DNA from: a virus | Lineage: Duplodnaviria; Caudoviricetes | IMG/VR virus record: IMGVR_UViG_3300047282_000191 | Coordinates: 25,717 to 89,716 of that record | DNA: 64,000 nucleotides | Reading direction: 5' to 3' (one strand) | Shown: positions 36,164 through 47,549 of the stretch, in pieces | Position numbering within the stretch: the first letter of the stretch is position 1 | Layout of the letters: each line of letters opens with the position of its first letter | Notes under the pieces: generated by a model | Databases searched by the model: none | The model's input: the letters and a program-made list of their open reading frames with translations, nothing else | What the model was told of the DNA's origin: nothing | Made by a program: the position numbers and the translations under genes

Positions 36164-39100
36164 TCACCCTTAGATCTTTAACTCTAGGTACTTGAGCAGA
36201 ATTACCAGTCTTGAATACTATCTTAACTACGACTGCATCGAATGCAGGTAAGTTTTCTAATTCATAAGCAACATCAGTAAATGTATTACGATTAGACGTC
36301 TTAATTAAGTTAGCTGTAGGAGTAGCTTTTACAAAGTTAAACTTGGTAATATCATTAGTTGAACCAGCAGGTAATAGCTTGTAATAAACTTCTATGTCTG
36401 AACCAGTCACTGCTGGAATGTTAGCTCCAAACATGATCTTCAAGAATGTAGAAGAATTTGCTAAGTTAACAACTCGTGTAACATATTTAGATTCAGAAGA
36501 CCCACCTGTTGGAGCTATCTCACTAACATAGTTATCCAATAAGGTAATAGTAGTAGTGGTTGCAGCTTGAGTTGTGAATGTGTGGTCACAAGTAATAGTA
36601 GAACCATCAGAAGCCACAGCTGTAACTAATATTGGATCAGTAGTATTATTTGTTGAAGATCCAGTTCCAGTTATTTCAATGTACTTGCCAACAGCAATAC
36701 CTGTCGCATCACTTCTTAAACTACCAGTGTTCGCAATGCTGATAGTACTTCCTGAGTATGACACGTTATTTCCAGCAGTCGTCAATACTACTTTATAATC
36801 TAAATCATCATTATTTTTAGTTGAATATGTGTACGTATCAATCTTATTAGAAATTGTTGTCAATGACATGCGTGAAGTATCAATAACTGGAGACAAGTTT
36901 TCATTCTCAGATGTTAATCTTGCAGTTACGACTAATGATTTGTTACCAGATAGAGCTGATAAGTTTTCATTAGTCTGTGAAGCTACGATATTCTTATTAT
37001 CAAAATATGTAGTTACGTTAGGTATCAATGAAGTTTCTGCAGAAGCTGCGCTATATGATTCATTGATTGGTGTCATACCAAATGCTAATGTTGTCTCTGA
37101 GAATACTTGAGACTGAGCGATAAAGTTGACAGCATCGTATCCAACGTTAACTGTGGCAACTACATTTTCTCCACCAACAAAACCACTGTTAGTAGCATTA
37201 GTTCCAACATCGATTACGAATGAGTCGATCTCGCTGTCTACGACTGTGAACGTTCCATTTAAACCTGTAGATGCTGTAGTAACTATACCGTTATATGTTC
37301 CTGCAGCCACGTTAGAGATGATGACTGATGAGTTGTTTGGCATAGCATGATTTTTAGCAAACACGCGTACTTTGTCTGTCCCGCTCTTAGTTTGGAAAGG
37401 ATCAGTCTCTAATATGATTGGAGGAAGCGGTTCATTATTAAACTCAATGACTGGTTGCTGTGTTATATCGAAAACAGCTGAACGAATCGTGAACTTTAGA
37501 TCCTGTTCTTGATTAGCTGTCCAAGTAGAAGCATTTTGCGATTTAAATAAAACACCAGCATAAGGCTGTTCAGATATGAAACGATCTGTACCAATAGCTT
37601 TTTCTCCGAGTTGTGCAATCCAAACTCTATATTGATTTGAATCAGATAATAACACAATACAGTATTCTGTCAAATCTTGCAAGAATACTGGAGACTCGAA
37701 CCTGAATGTAGTAGGAGTGGTTCCAGTATTTGGATTAATATTAACCTTATCTGGAGTTAATGTAACTCTTGAGAATGGCAACACGCGTTGACCTGGATAT
37801 CCATTTACAACTTCACGAATTTGAAGAGTTACTGGAATGCCAATATCCTTTGTTGCAAAGAATACGTCTACACTGGTAATAAATGCACCACCGGTGGATT
37901 GTACTAAGAATGTTTGAGCCAATGGATCATACCATCCGCTATCACGAGTTAAACGTTCATCTGAATAAACTTCAGTAGTTTGAGATTCAGAAACTTGTTG
38001 AGTTGCAATTTCTGCATTTCTAACAGCGTTGATAGTTTTTTGTCTAGTCTCAAGTATACCTTGTGCACGATATTGACCACGACCTTGTGTAGTGAAGTCT
38101 AAGGATCCTGTGTTGCTATCAGTTAATTTGAATTCTCTGACACCAGTTCTAAAACGAATTGAATCAGTATTTGGGATCTTAAATACACCAGCAACTGAAC
38201 CGTTGAAGTTTGTTACAACATCATCAGCTTCTGTAGCTACTACTACGCTTCCATTAACTTCATATTCTGTTCCAGAAATAGAACCTCTTATGATATCTCC
38301 ATCTTGGAAAGAACCTTTGATATTCATCAAATAAACGGCTTCAGCTTCTGCTTGAGTACTTCTTTCGACTAACACAGCTATACCAGTTCCAGGAGAAACT
38401 GCTTGCGTATTATATGTTGTAGCACCACGTTGTTTAACAAAAACTACATCGCCTTTATTGTATGAAACTTCTGCTTTGCCATCTACTTGTCTAGCAAATT
38501 CTTCTGCAGCACCACCAACGTTAGTTTCAGTATTAAACTGAGTTGTAGTTCCAGCAGTAAGTGTTAAATTCACCTTTGTCGCTGGAGTTACAAATAAAGA
38601 TATATCGGTATCATCAAAGAATGGGAATAGCTTTGTATTTGGTTTTAAACCTTTACAAACAAAGAGTAAATCGCGTGATCTAATATATGGAATTAGAGCT
38701 GACTGCAATACTCTATCTTCGAGTACTTGATAATCGATTCTTGGTGTAACAGATGTTTGGATACCTGTACGAGATTGACCAACAGTTGTAGCTTGAGTTT
38801 GGAATGTAAGAACGCGAGCACCTGCAGCATCATTACCAAAGCTAGTAGCATCACCACCGATAGCTTGCAATTCTGCTTGAGTGAATGTACGACGATCTGA
38901 CCAACGCGCAGCTCCAAGACCATAATCTCGGCTATCAAATCCACGTGTTACAACTAAACGATCGATATTTCGTGTTTGACCAACCCAGTTAGTTTCCCAT
39001 GCACCCCAAACTGTACCTAATGCACCAGTTGCTTCAAGCGCAGTTTGTACAGCTGTAAAATTACCTTCAAGATTATTTACAATATCTGGTCTACGATCAA

Positions 39101-42100
39101 CTTCAAACCATTCGTCTGAAGGAGGATTTAAAGACATACTTCCTAAGAAAGTAAAGATAGCAAATGGGTTTACATTTTCTGTGCGAGATGCAAACTGTTG
39201 TTTAACTAATTCTCTTTCTGTATATGGTAATGTAATGATATCACCAGTCAATGCATAACCATCGGCATCACGAGCTACATCAGATTGATTTGTTTCTAAT
39301 AAATTAACGTTATCCATTGTATAGAATGGTCGTAACTCTTGTAATGTCATATCAATAGCACAACGATAATCTACTGAGCCCGTATCTCCAAGGTCAGAAC
39401 CTTTAAAGCTATCAACAATGAAACCATTTTTGAAACGATCTAATCCTAATTCATCTTGAATGGTCAATGACTTGGTTTCTTGTTCCAACAGTGATAAAGC
39501 TGTGTAGTATTCTAGATTTTCGATGCGTTTATCAAGTTTACCAATATCTCGCATGGTATATCGTTTAGTATCGACAGTTTCTATCTGAATAGAACCCTGT
39601 GATGGGAATAGTGTGTAAGCTGATATGTGCAACTTAGCAATTAGCATGCCTAAGTTTGGATCTTTCGGTTCTTCTGGTGATAGGCTTGCTACTCCATCGA
39701 CGGAGAAGAATGAACCATCTATGTTTAATGCTAATTTGTCTGAACGTGGCAAGTAATATGAATAACTTGCAGAAGTTTCGAAACCAATTTTAGGAATTTC
39801 AGTTTGTGAAGCACCAGTACCAGAGAATAATACACCAGCATCTCCTATACGAGGACGGAAATCCATAACGTCAGATAAAGCTACTACACCAGTTGAAGAG
39901 ATATAGTACGGAATCTTATTGTATGGAACTTCTCCGCTGTACGAGTTAACTGTAAAGTAGTCACCAGCTGTACCAATACTATGATCAAAATAATCAAATA
40001 TGACACGAACAGCTCCACTTGGAACTGGATAACCTTCTTTACGTGTGATAGTAGCAACATCGTAGTGAGTATCGCGTTGACCATTATCAAAAGTAAACCA
40101 AGATGTGATATCAGTAGTCGTTGCTGGATTTGATGATGCAGCAGTAAAGTTTGCGGCCATTCGTATAGTAACTATTCTATAACCATCAGCTTTGCCTAAT
40201 GACAGTGTTAATGGTGTTACAGATGCAAGAGTTGTAAAATCAGCTGTCGCATTATCAATTAATGTCTTTTTCTTTTCCTGAGCTGGAGAACCAGCTTTAC
40301 GAACAGGAGCTAGTAAGCTGTATGCTTTACTTGCTGTTAATCCACTAACTAATACATCCACACCGTTGTTTTGAAGTGTTATACCAGTTGGAGATTCAAT
40401 TGTACCATCTGTTCTATTAACCAAGATATAGTCTGTAGTGGTTGCCGCAGGATTGAATTCAGAACCGCTAGTAGTAGGACTTGTTGCAGAACCTACTGAG
40501 AATGTCAATGATGTTTGTCCAGAACCAGTTGATGCATCAAAACGTTGCGTTGTAGTATATGTGGTTGCCTGTTCATTATCACCAGTGCCTCCGCGTGTAT
40601 TTCTAATAAATGAATATGCAAGCGGGAATAATAATGGTAAACCACCAGGTTCATTGATCTCAGCACCAACTCTAGAATAAACTGCACCTGATACAGTACC
40701 GCTAAATGCTGAATCGATAGTGAGTGTATCATTATCAGTGATTGCTGTAACTCTACGGAATTCATATGTTGAAGAAGAGTTAATAGTTCTAATGTAATCA
40801 CCAACTTTTAATTGTGTAGTGAATGCAGTTCCAGAAGAACCTGTGATAGTAGTAGTTGAAGCAGATATAAAACCTGAAAGGGTGGTATACTTACCATAAA
40901 CATCGGCTGCAATATTGGTCTTTGTTGTACCGCTATCGTAGAATATTTGTTTTACATCTCGATCAAACGTGTATCCGCTCACCATCTTAACATCGAAGAT
41001 GTATGCTTTATAAACACCCGTGGTTGTTCCAGGTGTACCTGAATGGAATTCCCATCCACGAAGTCTAGCTGTACCAACTTTAGTTCCTGAACCAGCAGCT
41101 TGTGGATTAGAACTTGGAGTTAATCGATTATGTAGATCTACTAATGGAAAGTTTGAACAATCTGGTAATCCTAAAACGTTTGAAACATAAACATAGTTAC
41201 CATATGATACAGGAATCGCATCATTTGATATACGATCGAATGTTCTGGCTTTAGGTACTTTCACGTATTCAGTAGCGATCTTTTCGATCTCATAGCCTTG
41301 AACGTATGCTTTTCCAGGCTCAATAGCAACTGCTACAGCTGTCTCATCTCCGCCTTTTTCTGGAGTTAAGTATCCTCTATTAAATGGAGGATTTGTTGTG
41401 TAGTTCCAGTCAATGATACCATCATTTAAATTCTGATATGGATTAGTAGCATCAAACAGTGTTGACGGTTCAACAGCTCCAGATAAACCGCTCTTAAGAG
41501 CTACAAAATAATTACCGCCCGATGTAACTATATCACCAAGCTGATAAGTTGTACCTGGTCCATTCCATGCGCCTCTATCGTTGTTACGATGTTCACGAAC
41601 TGCAACCTTAAATGGGGAAACTGTATAATGACCAGATTCATCAAATGTTCTCCTAGCTAGTGTCTTAGCTAAGATTGAATAATCTGTCTCTGTAACTCTA
41701 GACTGTAATACACCGTCAGTAATTCTAATGAGTTCAATAAATGTGTCGTCGAGTATTGAATCGGGAGCTAATTTAGTTAATGTTAAAATAATTTGATAGC
41801 GATGTGCACCAGGAGCATTTTGATTTGGAACGCCGTTAGCGTTATCAGCTAGAGTGCTATCATCATTTGAATCAACGATATTTTCATCAACATCTAAACC
41901 AATCCTATAACTTGGTGTATTACTATACTTAGAAATTACTAGGGTTTGATCTGTAACAAGGGTAAACTGACCTTTTACAAAATAGATGCCTTTTTGAATA
42001 GCTGCGATGGTACCTTTACCAAGAACACCAGAACCAGATTTGATCTGTACAGTTCTTTCTACTAATGATGTAGTAGTAGTTGCGTCTGCGACTAATAACT

Positions 42101-42551
42101 CACCCGCAACGAATGTTTTTGTCTCTTTATCATCACCTGAAGACGTATATCTGACAAATAAAGTTATAGCATCTGTTATTAATGGATTATCTTCATTGGG
42201 TTCTTCAAGAGTTACAGTCGTAACTTTAGCAGTAACTCCAGAAGTTTGACCAGTTATTGTAGAACCGATCAATTCATTAGCTATCGTGTTAATGTCTATG
42301 CCATTGGTTTCGTTCTCGATCTTTATATAGGTGATATTTGTATCAACAGAAGATTGACCAGGAATAACCATCGCACCTTCTTTGAACAAGTGCAAACCTA
42401 CGCGCTCTACTTGAGTTTGTAAGTATGTTTGAAGTTGATTTAACTCTCTTACTTGTAAAGAAACAGCAGGTCTAAATAATACGCGAAGGTATCTTTTTGC
42501 CTCATCATAATCATCATAATATGGTGCTTGAGAAAAGATCTTTAATGACAT
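36150..42551 (-). CDS. Large virion structural protein (DUF4815 / VrlC-like)
   Basis: PYYDD.D....Y..VLFRP...Q.RELNQLQ..LQ.Q.E....H.FKEG..VIPG; LARRT.DESG.YTV; RYTMRDIGKL..RI.NLEYYT.L.LLE; DPLAQTF; P.V..LR.IA. Confidence 0.88.
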   Translation of the reverse strand: MSLKIFSQAPYYDDYDEAKRYLRVLFRPAVSLQVRELNQLQTYLQTQVERVGLHLFKEGAMVIPGQSSVDTNITYIKIENETNGIDINTIANELIGSTITGQTSGVTAKVTTVTLEEPNEDNPLITDAITLFVRYTSSGDDKETKTFVAGELLVADATTTTSLVERTVQIKSGSGVLGKGTIAAIQKGIYFVKGQFTLVTDQTLVISKYSNTPSYRIGLDVDENIVDSNDDSTLADNANGVPNQNAPGAHRYQIILTLTKLAPDSILDDTFIELIRITDGVLQSRVTETDYSILAKTLARRTFDESGHYTVSPFKVAVREHRNNDRGAWNGPGTTYQLGDIVTSGGNYFVALKSGLSGAVEPSTLFDATNPYQNLNDGIIDWNYTTNPPFNRGYLTPEKGGDETAVAVAIEPGKAYVQGYEIEKIATEYVKVPKARTFDRISNDAIPVSYGNYVYVSNVLGLPDCSNFPLVDLHNRLTPSSNPQAAGSGTKVGTARLRGWEFHSGTPGTTTGVYKAYIFDVKMVSGYTFDRDVKQIFYDSGTTKTNIAADVYGKYTTLSGFISASTTTITGSSGTAFTTQLKVGDYIRTINSSSTYEFRRVTAITDNDTLTIDSAFSGTVSGAVYSRVGAEINEPGGLPLLFPLAYSFIRNTRGGTGDNEQATTYTTTQRFDASTGSGQTSLTFSVGSATSPTTSGSEFNPAATTTDYILVNRTDGTIESPTGITLQNNGVDVLVSGLTASKAYSLLAPVRKAGSPAQEKKKTLIDNATADFTTLASVTPLTLSLGKADGYRIVTIRMAANFTAASSNPATTTDITSWFTFDNGQRDTHYDVATITRKEGYPVPSGAVRVIFDYFDHSIGTAGDYFTVNSYSGEVPYNKIPYYISSTGVVALSDVMDFRPRIGDAGVLFSGTGASQTEIPKIGFETSASYSYYLPRSDKLALNIDGSFFSVDGVASLSPEEPKDPNLGMLIAKLHISAYTLFPSQGSIQIETVDTKRYTMRDIGKLDKRIENLEYYTALSLLEQETKSLTIQDELGLDRFKNGFIVDSFKGSDLGDTGSVDYRCAIDMTLQELRPFYTMDNVNLLETNQSDVARDADGYALTGDIITLPYTERELVKQQFASRTENVNPFAIFTFLGSMSLNPPSDEWFEVDRRPDIVNNLEGNFTAVQTALEATGALGTVWGAWETNWVGQTRNIDRLVVTRGFDSRDYGLGAARWSDRRTFTQAELQAIGGDATSFGNDAAGARVLTFQTQATTVGQSRTGIQTSVTPRIDYQVLEDRVLQSALIPYIRSRDLLFVCKGLKPNTKLFPFFDDTDISLFVTPATKVNLTLTAGTTTQFNTETNVGGAAEEFARQVDGKAEVSYNKGDVVFVKQRGATTYNTQAVSPGTGIAVLVERSTQAEAEAVYLMNIKGSFQDGDIIRGSISGTEYEVNGSVVVATEADDVVTNFNGSVAGVFKIPNTDSIRFRTGVREFKLTDSNTGSLDFTTQGRGQYRAQGILETRQKTINAVRNAEIATQQVSESQTTEVYSDERLTRDSGWYDPLAQTFLVQSTGGAFITSVDVFFATKDIGIPVTLQIREVVNGYPGQRVLPFSRVTLTPDKVNINPNTGTTPTTFRFESPVFLQDLTEYCIVLLSDSNQYRVWIAQLGEKAIGTDRFISEQPYAGVLFKSQNASTWTANQEQDLKFTIRSAVFDITQQPVIEFNNEPLPPIILETDPFQTKSGTDKVRVFAKNHAMPNNSSVIISNVAAGTYNGIVTTASTGLNGTFTVVDSEIDSFVIDVGTNATNSGFVGGENVVATVNVGYDAVNFIAQSQVFSETTLAFGMTPINESYSAASAETSLIPNVTTYFDNKNIVASQTNENLSALSGNKSLVVTARLTSENENLSPVIDTSRMSLTTISNKIDTYTYSTKNNDDLDYKVVLTTAGNNVSYSGSTISIANTGSLRSDATGIAVGKYIEITGTGSSTNNTTDPILVTAVASDGSTITCDHTFTTQAATTTTITLLDNYVSEIAPTGGSSESKYVTRVVNLANSSTFLKIMFGANIPAVTGSDIEVYYKLLPAGSTNDITKFNFVKATPTANLIKTSNRNTFTDVAYELENLPAFDAVVVKIVFKTGNSAQVPRVKDLRVIACA

Positions 42552-42573
42552 ATTTTAAAAGCCTTAAATTGAA

Positions 42574-44040
42574 TTATAGTTCTAATACTAACTTGATATC
42601 TTCTGTTTGATTTATGTTTCTATTTACAGGCGATAAATTTTCAAGATATACTAATTTGCCAGACATTGGCACATATTCTGGTGCAGTTATTGAAGCGATG
42701 GTTGCAGTAGCACCACCAATAGTAATAGCTTCGCCCTCTTCAAAACTTCCAAATCCAGTTGTCGAGTTTTGATGAAACTTTATTAAATTATCTGTTGTAT
42801 CTACGCTATCTACATAAGCAATCGCTCCACTAGTATCTCCTATAACTTGTTGATCTGCTGTAAGAGTACCAGACAATCCTGTATATTCAATCGTAGTAAG
42901 AGCGTTTAATGTTGCTGCAGAAGCCACACTCGGTCCTGTCCATTTAGCAGCATCTGGAGCAAATGTAGCTGCTGAAGTGTGTGCAGTATCACATACGTAT
43001 GCATAGTTGTTATAATAAACAACATCACCGACAATATATGCTGTACTTGCTGTCCATTTACCCAACAAACGTACTGCAGTTGCGTCAACCTCATGTGGAT
43101 TTGCAACTAAACAAATTTGTCTATAATCGTTGTCAACCAAGAAATCTCCAGAACCTTCGGCTGCAACAAGGTTAACGTCGATGATAACATAGAAACCGCC
43201 TAACTCTGAAACTGGATCTGAACCATGACCTCCCTTTGGAGAGATGATAGCTCTTGCTGTTGCAGGAGTAGTAGGAGTTCCACCACTAAAACTTACGGTT
43301 GCAGTCGTGTATCCACTACCAACTCTTGCTGAGTTCATTATAATTTCTGTAACAACTCCGCCTGTGAGAGTAACGTCTGCTGCAATCACAGAAGCTCCAA
43401 TTCCATCACCAGTAATTGTAACCGTTGGTTTAGATGTGTATCCTGAACCGCCGCTTGTTATTTTAATCCTTTGGATAGCTCCAGGAAGAGCAGCTTCTTG
43501 AACATCCCATTGAACTGAATCATCATCAGCTTCTAATTTTTTAACTGCAATAAATGAAGAGGTATTAAACTTAGCAACGTCTGCACCAGATAGTGTGTAC
43601 ATGTATTTCCATTGATAACCGTCTGCTAATACTGATCCGATGGAAGTTGGTGTACCAGTTGGCTTGATTGAAGAACCTGAAATTCCTGCTTTAATACACT
43701 TATAGACGTTCAACTCGTCAGTCACGACATAATATTGTTTTGTGCTCAAAGCACTATCTTGATCATCATACTCTGAATATGTTGAACCAGAAATCCAATT
43801 ATAACGAGGGATAGCACGAGATATATTTGTAGTAGCTAATTTTTTTAGCGCCAATAAATTTCTTTGTGCATCAAATTCGGTCGATTGAACATCGGTCGGT
43901 GTTGGAGGAGATGATTCAGAAGACCAAGGAAATGCTCGGCCTATACCAAGATAGTAAACATCATCGAGTTCTCCAGCTAAACCTTGAACCAAGGTATTAG
44001 CGTTTTGATAACGAAATTTAGTAGTAATAATAGCAGACAT
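42574..44040 (-). CDS. gp8: Baseplate wedge subunit
   Basis: AIIT.KFR..NA, Y...G...PW..E..PP, YYV......VYKC, DGY.WKYMY, P..GHG.D...ELG, Y.EN..P..R...Q.ED.K. Confidence 0.88.
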   Translation of the reverse strand: MSAIITTKFRYQNANTLVQGLAGELDDVYYLGIGRAFPWSSESSPPTPTDVQSTEFDAQRNLLALKKLATTNISRAIPRYNWISGSTYSEYDDQDSALSTKQYYVVTDELNVYKCIKAGISGSSIKPTGTPTSIGSVLADGYQWKYMYTLSGADVAKFNTSSFIAVKKLEADDDSVQWDVQEAALPGAIQRIKITSGGSGYTSKPTVTITGDGIGASVIAADVTLTGGVVTEIIMNSARVGSGYTTATVSFSGGTPTTPATARAIISPKGGHGSDPVSELGGFYVIIDVNLVAAEGSGDFLVDNDYRQICLVANPHEVDATAVRLLGKWTASTAYIVGDVVYYNNYAYVCDTAHTSAATFAPDAAKWTGPSVASAATLNALTTIEYTGLSGTLTADQQVIGDTSGAIAYVDSVDTTDNLIKFHQNSTTGFGSFEEGEAITIGGATATIASITAPEYVPMSGKLVYLENLSPVNRNINQTEDIKLVLEL

Positions 44041-44070
44041 GGTTTTTAAAATCCTTAGGAATATATGGTC

Positions 44071-44078
44071 TATTTATA
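44071..44078 (-). promoter_or_regulatory. T4-type late promoter TATAAATA upstream of gp8
   Basis: Plus strand TATTTATA at 44071-44078. Confidence 0.8.
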
Positions 44079-45191
44079 TCAGTTGAGTTCAACTATAACA
44101 TCAGATCCTGAAGTTGGATCAAGTAAATCTATTGTCTCATTATATGAGCTTCCAGCTAAATCTGCTGGTTGTACTGTCAAGAATGAAGACATCAATATCG
44201 TTGTACCATTTTCATACGTTTCATCGATAGCATTTCTAACTAACACTGGTACGAAGTTAGTCTTCAATCCTAAACATGGACCTTCAAGTATAACATCGCC
44301 ATAATTAGATGCAAATTCTTCAGTTAAGAATTTATACTGATCAAAATGCTTAAATGTTGGTCCAAGTGCAAGTGCTGGTTTAGATGTTAATCCTTCAATT
44401 GCTTCTCCAACGACTGGAGTAATGACTGTACCCAACAACTCGCGATATGTTTCGGCTATAGTCATTGGAACAGTTACTTTGTCCAAGATGATAGGTCTAG
44501 TTGCTTCTTCAGCAATCACCCTACCAATCTGCACTAACTTCATCTTTAATCTTTGTTGGCCAACTGAAGCTGTAGAAACTACTTTAATCTGACCGAAAAA
44601 TATAAAACCGGCTGGATGAAGTACCTTAGTAACTATATCTTTCCAAGATTCGTATGACTTACTTGTCTTGATAACATATGAATAATCTTGGTAATAATAA
44701 CTATCTTGTAAATATTTTCTATCAGATAAAAATCCATTATTATCAGTGTATCTTCCATCGCTATCATTCCACTTTCCAGAGGAAGGTTGTAACATATCAA
44801 CTCTGGGGAAATAAAGTTCTATCTGATCTTGGAATAAGATATTAAATAAAGCTTCATATGAAGGTAATGAACCTTTAGCTAGATATAAATCAATAATCTG
44901 TTTATAAAGCTTTCTACGATCAACTCCTTCGACGGCTGGAATTGGTCCCGCAACAGCACGCTGAATATATGGTATAAATTCTTCAGCAACGTTATCAATG
45001 TTCTTAATATCAACTAATCTGTTTATAATACTACCAGGAGAATAAACAGTCGATTGCTGCCACTCTAGATAAGCTTCAAGGAATTCCATGAAGCGTTCAT
45101 TGGAGCGAAGATGATCAGGTATTACTTCATGTAACACATAATACTGCGGTTTCGTAGTCCCTAACCTGTCAGTTAAAACGGTATACGGCAT
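44079..45191 (-). CDS. gp7: Baseplate wedge initiator-like protein (short gp7-like)
   Basis: F.EFL.AY.EW, K.I..LY.AKG...SY..LF..LF, LQDSYYYQ.YSYV, K...HPAG...FG; between gp6 and gp8. Confidence 0.75.
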   Translation of the reverse strand: MPYTVLTDRLGTTKPQYYVLHEVIPDHLRSNERFMEFLEAYLEWQQSTVYSPGSIINRLVDIKNIDNVAEEFIPYIQRAVAGPIPAVEGVDRRKLYKQIIDLYLAKGSLPSYEALFNILFQDQIELYFPRVDMLQPSSGKWNDSDGRYTDNNGFLSDRKYLQDSYYYQDYSYVIKTSKSYESWKDIVTKVLHPAGFIFFGQIKVVSTASVGQQRLKMKLVQIGRVIAEEATRPIILDKVTVPMTIAETYRELLGTVITPVVGEAIEGLTSKPALALGPTFKHFDQYKFLTEEFASNYGDVILEGPCLGLKTNFVPVLVRNAIDETYENGTTILMSSFLTVQPADLAGSSYNETIDLLDPTSGSDVIVELN

Positions 45192-45194
45192 TTT

Positions 45195-47069
45195 TTAATC
45201 TTCTTTATGACGAGGAGTGGTTGTATAGTTTACACCAGCTGGTGTACCACCTGTAGCAATCGTATCAACTTCACCAGTTACTGTAACATCATCCATATTA
45301 ATCTTTATCAATTGATTTCTCTTAGGAGCAATATCATTAGAATTTGGAATTCCAGTAATGGTAATATAATCTCCATTTATGGCTGATGGAGTAAATTTCT
45401 CCAGTACGACCAATCCTTGATCAGCGATGATATAACCAATATCAGATATAGTAGTGATTTTAGTGTTGTTCAATATTTTATATAATTCAAGTGTATGTGT
45501 ACCACCTTTATCGGAGTGTGGTTCAGCACTGCCCACTGTTTGAGCTCTATCTTGTATATAAGAAGTTACTCCATTATATGTAAATGAAGTCGAAGTAATA
45601 ACTTTGTCATTTGAACGAGTATAGTAGAGCGGAGAAGAGAACTGTATAGTGTAAAGTCTTGGAGTATTTAATACTGGAACCAGGCGTTTGACCATAAACA
45701 CTCTAATTGTGCTGTTTAGAATAGAAGGATCACAGGCGTCTATCAATCGTGTCAATTTAGAATGTCTAAACACGCCATCAAACTGTTGTAAGTCTGCAGA
45801 ATTATAATTTGCGATGGTATCTGTCACTAGTTGTTTTAATTCTCCAGCAGTTCTAGATGTAAGAGCTGGATTGTATTTGTAAAATACTTCTAACTTAAGA
45901 TACGTATACTCTGGATCAATGATTTCTGGACTAATAGAAACGATGTTACGAGGTTTTAAGATCTGATCTTTGATCCTTTGTTTTTCAACTTCATCTAATG
46001 TTTCTCCATCCTTTGGTTTGATAGAGATGTAAGCTTTACCATACTGAGGAGGATCATTTTGTTCTCCGCCCCAGACTGCGATAGATTCAATATTGGAATA
46101 GTTTTCTAAGATCGCAGCTCGATAGTCATCAGGTGTAACTACTCGATTTTGTGCAATGTATGTTAATGGTGCATTAAACTTAATAGAGTCGTTCGATTCG
46201 CGATCAGAACCAGAATCAGATTTAGATACAGTTGATATAGTAACATTTGTGTTACCTTCAATATTTCCATTCAAAGTAAATATTGTCGCTCCATTACCTT
46301 CTTCTGCAGCAGTAGATAACCATTCGATCTCTACAACATTACCAGCATCTAATTTTCTAGATGTTATGCCGTCACCAAAATAGATTTCAAATCTTTCTGA
46401 CACAGCTTCTTGTATGTAATAAGCTTTTGATGTTGCATTTACTTTTGTAAAATCTTTTGCAAGTGTATAGACGTCAGATAAAGTTGCAGAAATATTTTCT
46501 TTTACCTTAACAGTAATGGTTTCTCTATCACAATTTAAATCTTGAATTTCATAGTATTGATAATCATCAAAAGAATCTACTACATAAAATGTAGATTTTA
46601 AAATACCTTGATTTATCTTGACATTAGAAAACGTGTACACTCCTCCAATCGGAGATATCGTTTGTGTTTCAAGGACTGTGAAGATATATTGTTTGTCATT
46701 AATAGTCGTCGTAAATTCTGTGCCTCTATCGAGTGTTAACCTAGAAGGAGAACCAGCTGGATTATTTACTGTGATGTTGATAGTTGCAAATGCAGAAGTT
46801 TTAGAACGAGGGATATAACCCAATAATTTAGCATGCGATACGATGTTTTGTCTACGATCAGCAGAATCTAAGAAGACCTCATTCACAGCCATATTTGCAT
46901 TCAATGCATTATAGTGTGTATTGTATGCTAAAAGATCTATGAGCACAGCCATGCCTGATCCTTCGAAGTCATAGTCGGTAAATTTACCACCAGCTTGAAG
47001 ACCTTTCAGATGATCTTTTAAATTTTCTTTTATTTGAAAGAAATCTAGTTCCGTTACATTGATCGGCAT
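45195..47069 (-). CDS. gp6: Baseplate wedge subunit
   Basis: ELDF..IK.NLK..L, F.DYDFEGSG...L.D.LAYNTHY.A...N...NE.FLDSA..R..VSHAK.LGY.P.S; QNR.VT..DY. Confidence 0.95.
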   Translation of the reverse strand: MPINVTELDFFQIKENLKDHLKGLQAGGKFTDYDFEGSGMAVLIDLLAYNTHYNALNANMAVNEVFLDSADRRQNIVSHAKLLGYIPRSKTSAFATINITVNNPAGSPSRLTLDRGTEFTTTINDKQYIFTVLETQTISPIGGVYTFSNVKINQGILKSTFYVVDSFDDYQYYEIQDLNCDRETITVKVKENISATLSDVYTLAKDFTKVNATSKAYYIQEAVSERFEIYFGDGITSRKLDAGNVVEIEWLSTAAEEGNGATIFTLNGNIEGNTNVTISTVSKSDSGSDRESNDSIKFNAPLTYIAQNRVVTPDDYRAAILENYSNIESIAVWGGEQNDPPQYGKAYISIKPKDGETLDEVEKQRIKDQILKPRNIVSISPEIIDPEYTYLKLEVFYKYNPALTSRTAGELKQLVTDTIANYNSADLQQFDGVFRHSKLTRLIDACDPSILNSTIRVFMVKRLVPVLNTPRLYTIQFSSPLYYTRSNDKVITSTSFTYNGVTSYIQDRAQTVGSAEPHSDKGGTHTLELYKILNNTKITTISDIGYIIADQGLVVLEKFTPSAINGDYITITGIPNSNDIAPKRNQLIKINMDDVTVTGEVDTIATGGTPAGVNYTTTPRHKED

Positions 47070-47070
47070 G

Positions 47071-47538
47071 TTATCTTGTTCTCTCTAATACAATAGTTGT
47101 TGTTGCTACTTGTCCAGTAGTAATTACTTGAAATTCTAGTGTGAGTCTATATGCATTCAACCCCTCATCGAATACAGAATCAACTTCAAGGATACGAGCT
47201 CTAGGCTCAAAGTTAGCAAGGACTCTACGAACAGCTTCTTCTATACTGTGAATCGTAATATCATCTGCTGGTTCAAACAATAGACCTCTAACTCCAGATC
47301 CAATTTCTGGTTGAAATGGCCTTTCTTGGAAATTGGTCAATACTAAATTTTGCACAGACTTTTTAACTGCATCAACGTCGCGGAGAGGATTTATATCTCC
47401 AGTCACAGGGTTAGGTCTAAAGAGTAGATCTAAGTCTGCATACGTGGATTCTCTGCCTCCGTATGTTAGCTCTCTCATAGGTTGAGAGTTGGCCGGACGG
47501 TTGCCTATTGGTAAGTCTGATAAGTTTTGTGATCGCAT
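47071..47538 (-). CDS. gp25: Baseplate wedge subunit
   Basis: Y.DLDL.F..NP.TGD......D..AVK.SV.NL..TN..ERPF.P..GS....LLFE. Confidence 0.93.
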   Translation of the reverse strand: MRSQNLSDLPIGNRPANSQPMRELTYGGRESTYADLDLLFRPNPVTGDINPLRDVDAVKKSVQNLVLTNFQERPFQPEIGSGVRGLLFEPADDITIHSIEEAVRRVLANFEPRARILEVDSVFDEGLNAYRLTLEFQVITTGQVATTTIVLERTR

Positions 47539-47549
47539 GGTTCTATTTA

